Source: Clostridiaceae bacterium (GTDB taxonomy: Bacteria > Bacillota > Clostridia > Oscillospirales > Acutalibacteraceae). From it: a stretch of DNA of 50,403 bases. The stretch is taken from assembly GCA_016281115.1 (NCBI GenBank), contig JAEEHZ010000239.1, forward strand, positions 1-50,403, written 5' to 3'. Below the pieces are notes generated by a model that had not been told where the DNA came from, ran no database searches, and saw only the letters and a program-made list of their open reading frames with translations. Positions 45,508 to 50,403 of this stretch are shown in pieces. Made by a program: the position numbers and the translations under genes. Position 1 is the first letter of the stretch. Each line of letters begins with the position of its first letter.

Positions 45508-45795
45508 CTACAGCTTAAAGAAAGAATCTTGCAATAAATCGGTTACTGCCGCTATTTCTTTATCAGACAATCCGTATTTTTCAAGCGGCTCTATAATTCC
45601 TTCTGAAAGCTGAAGTACCGCGTCTTCAATAGATAAAATCACACCATTTTCCAAATCCTCGACAACGTCATTTCCGTCATCGTCGGTTGTTAACCAAAAC
45701 CAGCAATCCATTTTGGTTTTACTCGCAATTTTATTCAACCCGTTATATGCATCGTCGCTTAATATCATTTTCTCACATCCTTTTTCCTCAAACAT
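45508..45795 (-). CDS. hypothetical protein
   Basis: Start at the ATG at 45795, coupled to the upstream stop. Confidence 0.4.
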   Translation of the reverse strand: MFEEKGCEKMILSDDAYNGLNKIASKTKMDCWFWLTTDDDGNDVVEDLENGVILSIEDAVLQLSEGIIEPLEKYGLSDKEIAAVTDLLQDSFFKL

Positions 45796-46049
45796 CACAG
45801 CCTCTGTCCGCAAAAATGGCAATAATTCGGTATATGCGGTTTTCCATTCTTAAACGGGTTTATAAGAGGGAATTTACAATTTGGACAAACTAAAAATATA
45901 TCGCAAGTATCATCTGCAAATTCTAACGGCTTCGTCGGTGTTTGCTTTTTCAAAGCCGCTATTGCTAAATCATATAGTTCTTTTTTTACTTCACACTCTG
46001 TTGCGCTTTTACCCGCAACAAACATTTCTATCGCTTTCTCGTATGTCAT
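45795..46049 (-). CDS. zinc-ribbon protein (paralog family Z)
   Basis: MTYEKAIE...ALKKQTP...CPNC...CHFCGQRL parallels 29882-30160. Confidence 0.45.
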   Translation of the reverse strand: MTYEKAIEMFVAGKSATECEVKKELYDLAIAALKKQTPTKPLEFADDTCDIFLVCPNCKFPLINPFKNGKPHIPNYCHFCGQRL

Positions 46050-46639
46050 TCTTCTACCTCGCTATTGCTTGCTAACTCTGCAAGTTCCGATATTGTAAGT
46101 TCCCGCAAGAATGTAATCTCTGTTCCAACGCACTTGCTGTCTTCGTTGCTTTCGTCTGCAACGCCTTTCAAATCCACCTCAAAAAATCGAACATCTTTGC
46201 CTAATTTTCCGCAATAGTAATTGAACACATCTAACGGAGATTTGCAGGCGTGAAAACCATATCTACACAATTTTGCTTTATCGGTTTTGTAAGTCTTGCT
46301 TAACACATACTGAAAACCTCTACAACAACGCATATTGCCGTCTGTTGCTTTAAAATAGCGGTTAGAATAGGTTACAAGGCTTTCGCAACCCCAAAATGCA
46401 CTAAGTCTTATACTCGTCACGCTATCGGGGATATTTATGCTTGTAAGGCTCGTACAGCCGTAAAACGCACAATTTCCTATACGTGTTACGCTGTCAGGAA
46501 TCGTTATGCTTGTAAGAATGCTACAATGTTCAAACGCATAGGCTCCAATGCTCGTAACACCGTCGGGAATAACAACATCTGTTTCTGTTCCGTGATATTT
46601 AATGAGTTTTCCGTTTTCAATAACAAAATCTTTGTTCAT
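46046..46639 (-). CDS. BspA-type LRR protein with conserved C-terminal domain (paralog 4 of 4)
   Basis: Same architecture. The 3' 100 nt is about 80 percent identical by eye to 30419-30520. Confidence 0.65.
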   Translation of the reverse strand: MNKDFVIENGKLIKYHGTETDVVIPDGVTSIGAYAFEHCSILTSITIPDSVTRIGNCAFYGCTSLTSINIPDSVTSIRLSAFWGCESLVTYSNRYFKATDGNMRCCRGFQYVLSKTYKTDKAKLCRYGFHACKSPLDVFNYYCGKLGKDVRFFEVDLKGVADESNEDSKCVGTEITFLRELTISELAELASNSEVEE

Positions 46640-46797
46640 TCTCTCGCCTCGCTTTTAAGCCATTTGAGCCAACAGTCCGTGCAAGTTGTATCAGTATCAG
46701 CACAGTTTTTACACGAATCATTACGCCAATTATTTTTTTCTATAAAATCTGCCAATTCCTCATCGCTCATATGTCTTATCTTATCGCCGTTTGTCAT
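46636..46797 (-). CDS. small protein with TNGDKIR-MSD-ELA module
   Basis: MTNGDKIRHMSDEELADF...[12 protein letters not shown]. Start at the ATG at 46797 behind GGGAGG. Confidence 0.45.
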   Translation of the reverse strand: MTNGDKIRHMSDEELADFIEKNNWRNDSCKNCADTDTTCTDCWLKWLKSEARE

Positions 46798-46965
46798 TCT
46801 TTTTCCTCCCAATCTAATACTTAACCACAAACCGAGCCACAGGGCTTTCACCTGTGGGAATGGCGGCAATTCAAATACGCGTCTTTAAATTGCATTTTCT
46901 AAAATTCCAAAACTCGTACACCATTTTTTCGTGTTGTAATATTTTTAAGATATTTTCTCTGCAAT

Positions 46966-47031
46966 TCAAGACTGCGGGATTCGAACCCTGCACCTCGGGG
47001 GAACGCGTGCTACCGAATTACACCAAGTCTC
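46966..47031 (-). ncRNA. degenerate, undersized tRNA-like element (about 66 nt)
   Basis: Canonical GGGTTCGAATCCC T-loop, D arm GTGT-AATTCGGTA-GCAC and acceptor pairing AGAGACT/AGTCTTG. But the T stem has a bulge, only 14 nt sit in place of the anticodon arm, and there is no CCA. Confidence 0.3.
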
Positions 47032-47096
47032 TAATATCTGCCGTAGTAAATAAACGGCATATTATAACACGGCTTTATACTCACTACTCAGTTGTT

Positions 47097-47393
47097 TTAT
47101 TTATCAAGATTTTTTATTACTGCTGACTTTAATGAATTTCCCGGCTTAAACGATGGGGTTATGCGAGCCGGAATTGGAAAACCCTCGTTTGTATAAGGAT
47201 TTCTACCCATACGAGGGGCTCTGGTTTTCGGTTCGAAAGTACCAAACCCCGCGAACTGCACTCTATTTCCGTCCGTAAGGGCTGTTGTAATAAACTTTAA
47301 CAGAGAATTTACGACTTCGGAAACCGTTGTTATATTCTGTTTTGTGTCGGCGCTTACCGCACTTATAACCTCTTCTTTGTTTATTTTACTCAT
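47097..47393 (-). CDS. HU/IHF-family DNA-binding protein
   Basis: ...VQFAGFGTFEPKTRAPRMGRNPYTNE... beta-arm signature. Start at the ATG at 47393. Confidence 0.85.
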   Translation of the reverse strand: MSKINKEEVISAVSADTKQNITTVSEVVNSLLKFITTALTDGNRVQFAGFGTFEPKTRAPRMGRNPYTNEGFPIPARITPSFKPGNSLKSAVIKNLDK

Positions 47394-47679
47394 TGCTGTT
47401 TTCTTCCTTCCGCGTGATTTTCCCATTATCATTTTCCGACTGATTTTCCGACTCCAATCTTTTCTCTTCTTTGTAAACCAAAACACAGTCTATAATATTG
47501 CAAATAAGCCATACCCTAAACCATATTATTGCAATACCCGCCATTAAAAGCGCAAGATTAACAATCCACCAAGCCTCGACTATATAGGCAATTATATTTA
47601 GCAACAATGCAAGGCTAAGAGGAACCAGCATATAATCGCTGATAAACCAGGAAAATTTTATATATTTTTTCATACCCAT
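47386..47679 (-). CDS. small membrane protein
   Basis: Two or three hydrophobic helices. Confidence 0.4.
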   Translation of the reverse strand: MGMKKYIKFSWFISDYMLVPLSLALLLNIIAYIVEAWWIVNLALLMAGIAIIWFRVWLICNIIDCVLVYKEEKRLESENQSENDNGKITRKEENSNE

Positions 47680-47683
47680 ACAC

Positions 47684-47890
47684 TCACTTTACCAACGACA
47701 CCACAATAAACCGAATGCCCTTTAAAAACCACGCAGGTATATAAAACAGGTTAGCACAGATTTTACCAACCATACATTGCCCGTCAATAAATTTGTTTTT
47801 CATTTCCTGTGCATTGAAATGACACGATGTTTCAAAATTAATTAAAAACACAAGCCATATAGCGAGCCCAATAAAAACCTTAATCATCAT
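47684..47890 (-). CDS. small membrane protein
   Basis: N-terminal hydrophobic helix. Confidence 0.4.
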   Translation of the reverse strand: MMIKVFIGLAIWLVFLINFETSCHFNAQEMKNKFIDGQCMVGKICANLFYIPAWFLKGIRFIVVSLVK

Positions 47891-47913
47891 AAACCCTCCC
47901 GTTATTTTTGATA

Positions 47914-48099
47914 TTATTTAAAAAGCGGGCACGCAATTACCGTGCACCGCTTACTGTATTTGAGTTTGTTTACAAATTTCTGCGCAAGATATAAAGAATC
48001 AAAGCTTTTTACGAGTTTCTCTTTTGTGTCGTTTACCAAAAAATAAACTTTGTAATATCCCGTACCAGTGTCGTTATCATCATAGCAAGCCCTTGACAT
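47914..48099 (-). CDS. hypothetical protein
   Basis: 61-aa ORF. Confidence 0.35.
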   Translation of the reverse strand: MSRACYDDNDTGTGYYKVYFLVNDTKEKLVKSFDSLYLAQKFVNKLKYSKRCTVIACPLFK

Positions 48100-48528
48100 A
48101 TTATTCCTCCCGTTTAAAATGTTATGAAACCTTGCTAAAAAGAACCCAGATTATATAAACCCATATTAAAAACATAATTGTTAATCCGAAAATTTTCATA
48201 CGCGTTTCCTCGTTTCCAAGCCATTAATGAAGCCAGGCGATAACCCGTTTACCGTTTATCCGGATTTCCACCTCATCACCTTCGCGATACCATTCCACAG
48301 CCTTTGTGTGGCTTTCGGTAATTTCCCCTGTTGAACAATTCATATAATACTTTTCCATTTTAAAAACCCTCGATTCTTAAATTCTCCGTTCTGCGTTTAT
48401 ACGGGCTTACGACCGTTTGAAAAATCAAGTCGCATTAGAGGGCGGGAAACCCCGCCTGTATTGAAAGAAAGGACAAAAAATGGAGAAAACACAACTCTTA
48501 TACTGCACGAAAGATAAAAAAACCCTCC

Positions 48529-48732
48529 CTATATTGTGGTCATAGCCTGATGCCCTGAACCATATGAAACAGTTACTTTAAGGCTTGAAGGACGCCCCAC
48601 GACTGTCGTTCCGTCGGAAAATTTTGCGATGTATTTACCCTTTTCGGTATCGTTAAAAAACCGTACACGAATATTACCGCCTGCACGCTGAATTAAATTT
48701 GCGATACCTTTTTGAAAATCGTCATATCCCAT
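48529..48732 (-). CDS. hypothetical protein
   Basis: 67-aa ORF behind GGGAGG. Confidence 0.4.
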   Translation of the reverse strand: MGYDDFQKGIANLIQRAGGNIRVRFFNDTEKGKYIAKFSDGTTVVGRPSSLKVTVSYGSGHQAMTTI

Positions 48733-48869
48733 AAAAACCTCCCGCTATACTGCTTTTTATAAAAATCAAAAACCCTAATAGGATACCCATAGACCGGCTC
48801 GTCGCCGGTTTCGTCGTATTGTTTAATATCCTCGACGACTCATCAGTATGGTTTTTTTGAAAAACCCTT

Positions 48870-49622
48870 TTACGCCTTTTTGTCTTCCTTGATTTCCTTC
48901 TGTACTACATCATAACCCTTGCCGTCCGTGAGAATACGGTAGCATATCTTTTTAAGATACCCTGCAAGCGTTTTGTGATTTGCAAGCGTAATAGAAGTTT
49001 TTGACTTCTTATTGTCGTTTGCATAGCAGTCAAGGAGATAATTTACGTCGTGAGATATTGCATTATACCCTTCTCCGAGCATTTTATCTACAATATCCTG
49101 CAATGTTTTGAGCATTTGCGTGTTAGAACAAGGGTCTTTCCCCATCTCATATGCCCTTGCAATATCGTTCATTATGAACGCGTCTGAATTTACTTTTGCT
49201 CCGACTCTTTTTGCGGCACGGATAGTGAGATAGTAATTCAATTTCTGAATTACATAAAACCACTTCTTGTCCGCCCCGATACCGCCGTCGATTTTTGTGT
49301 TCATATCGACAAGGTCGATAGGCTTTTCGGTGTCTACGATACTGCGTACTACCATTTTTGTATCCTTATCAATAGTCTCTTTTACCCTTATTGAAGGATA
49401 CGAAAACTGCTTTACCGCGTAATGCATAGGATTGCCCGATTTTTTTGCGTTCTTATAGCAATTGTCTTTTGACACAGCGGTATAATAATTAACCGCCTGT
49501 TCGAGGTCTGCGTCGATAGACTTTTTTTCATCCACCGACTCAGCGTTTTCGGACTTTTCAAGCAATTCCTCAGCCGTTTTCTTGATTTTTTCAAGATTGG
49601 TTGTTGTGAGTGTTAATGCCAT
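48870..49622 (-). CDS. hypothetical protein
   Basis: 250-aa ORF, first gene downstream (minus sense) of a 780-nt ORF-free region. Confidence 0.5.
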   Translation of the reverse strand: MALTLTTTNLEKIKKTAEELLEKSENAESVDEKKSIDADLEQAVNYYTAVSKDNCYKNAKKSGNPMHYAVKQFSYPSIRVKETIDKDTKMVVRSIVDTEKPIDLVDMNTKIDGGIGADKKWFYVIQKLNYYLTIRAAKRVGAKVNSDAFIMNDIARAYEMGKDPCSNTQMLKTLQDIVDKMLGEGYNAISHDVNYLLDCYANDNKKSKTSITLANHKTLAGYLKKICYRILTDGKGYDVVQKEIKEDKKA

Positions 49623-50326
49623 AATGCTAACTCCTTTTGCTTATAAATTTATGAGCGATAAGCCCATAAGAAAACGGTTGACCCGATATTTCATAACTAC
49701 CGGGTCAGCCGCTTGGTTTATAGGTTTATCAAAAGCCGCTTACAATCGGGCGACAAACGGAGGATAGATATCTATCCCGACAGCCTTCCGGCTATGTAAG
49801 CCTTATTTATTCCTGTTTGTCTTACCATTATCCGCATTATAAGCGGCTCAAATCTCATTCATTTCGTGATACTTGACTTAATCGGGCATTATATCTATAT
49901 TTAACTTATCTCTTTGAAAAATTCCTCGGAATTACTTCAATAATGCGTCTATCCTCGGATAAACGCGCATAGATAATTTACGATATACAGCCTTTTACAG
50001 TCTTTTTCATATAGCCTTCTATGATAACGCATTTGAGACGATATGCGACCTTATTTTACATCTAACTCGGTATAACTCTGAGGGTTTTCACTATCCGAAC
50101 CATAGGCTTAATTCCTTATGCACTCAGCGACGGCTAAATTTATCAGCTAACCTTTGATATAGCGTAAGGTCGCTTTTTTTCGTTTATGTCGGAACGATAC
50201 CCTTTACCTTGCATTTTCCAGCAAGCACTCAGACACATAGTATTTCAACTATGAGGCGCAGGCACGCTCTTTGATAGCCTGATATGAGCCATCCCGCTTC
50301 GTTATTTCGGTCGCGGGTCGCCGTAA

Positions 50327-50403
50327 GGTCGGCGGGGTCGTCCGTCCGTCCGTACACTACCACAAGGTAGGGGGTCGGCGGGGTCGTCCGTCCGTCCGTA
50401 CAC
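50327..50403. repeat. GC-rich 31-nt direct repeat x2 (period 46) containing (GTCC)3, truncated by the window end
   Basis: GGTCGGCGGGGTCGTCCGTCCGTCCGTACAC at 50327-50357 and 50373-50403, exact. Confidence 0.85.

Noticed and set aside
50327-50403. CRISPR array at the window end
   Set aside because: Only two 31-nt repeats are visible, separated by about 15 nt, which is far too short for a spacer. No cas genes are present. I call it a tandem repeat.

Overview
Bases 1-4800 look like low-GC Firmicutes chromosome: a partial gene, parA/soj-like, gdpP, a yybS-like membrane protein and two tRNA-Glu genes. From about 4850 to the window end there is one large integrated mobile element. It opens with a tyrosine integrase and excisionase, and it is transcribed almost entirely on the minus strand. 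The visible part is a temperate-phage early, replication and accessory region. It encodes dUTPase, NrdD/NrdG/NrdH-like proteins, two DNA methyltransferases, dNMP kinase, a DnaE-type polymerase, primase, DnaB, a Cas4-like nuclease, SSB, ERF, a CI/LexA-type repressor on the plus strand, NifS, HU, tRNA-Gln and tRNA-Leu. No capsid, tail or terminase genes are visible, so the element probably continues past the window. The most unusual locus is a retron/DRT-like reverse transcriptase at 32523-33662. It sits in about 950 nt of non-coding sequence. That sequence carries three copies of a covarying stem-loop followed by a GUAAC box, five homopolymer tracts of 9-17 nt and a polypurine run. I cannot match this layout to a described RT system. 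Other notable items are: an in-frame UGA at codon 45 of the polymerase gene; two oversized tRNA-like RNAs; a ThiF/JAB/small beta-grasp-size cassette resembling PRTRC ubiquitin-like systems; three dispersed cassettes with four LRR paralogs; a candidate sRNA upstream of the repressor; an orphan MazF-like toxin; and long ORF-free structured regions, one ending in a GC-rich tandem repeat cut by the window edge. All family calls come from motifs read by eye in the translations. No database search was run.
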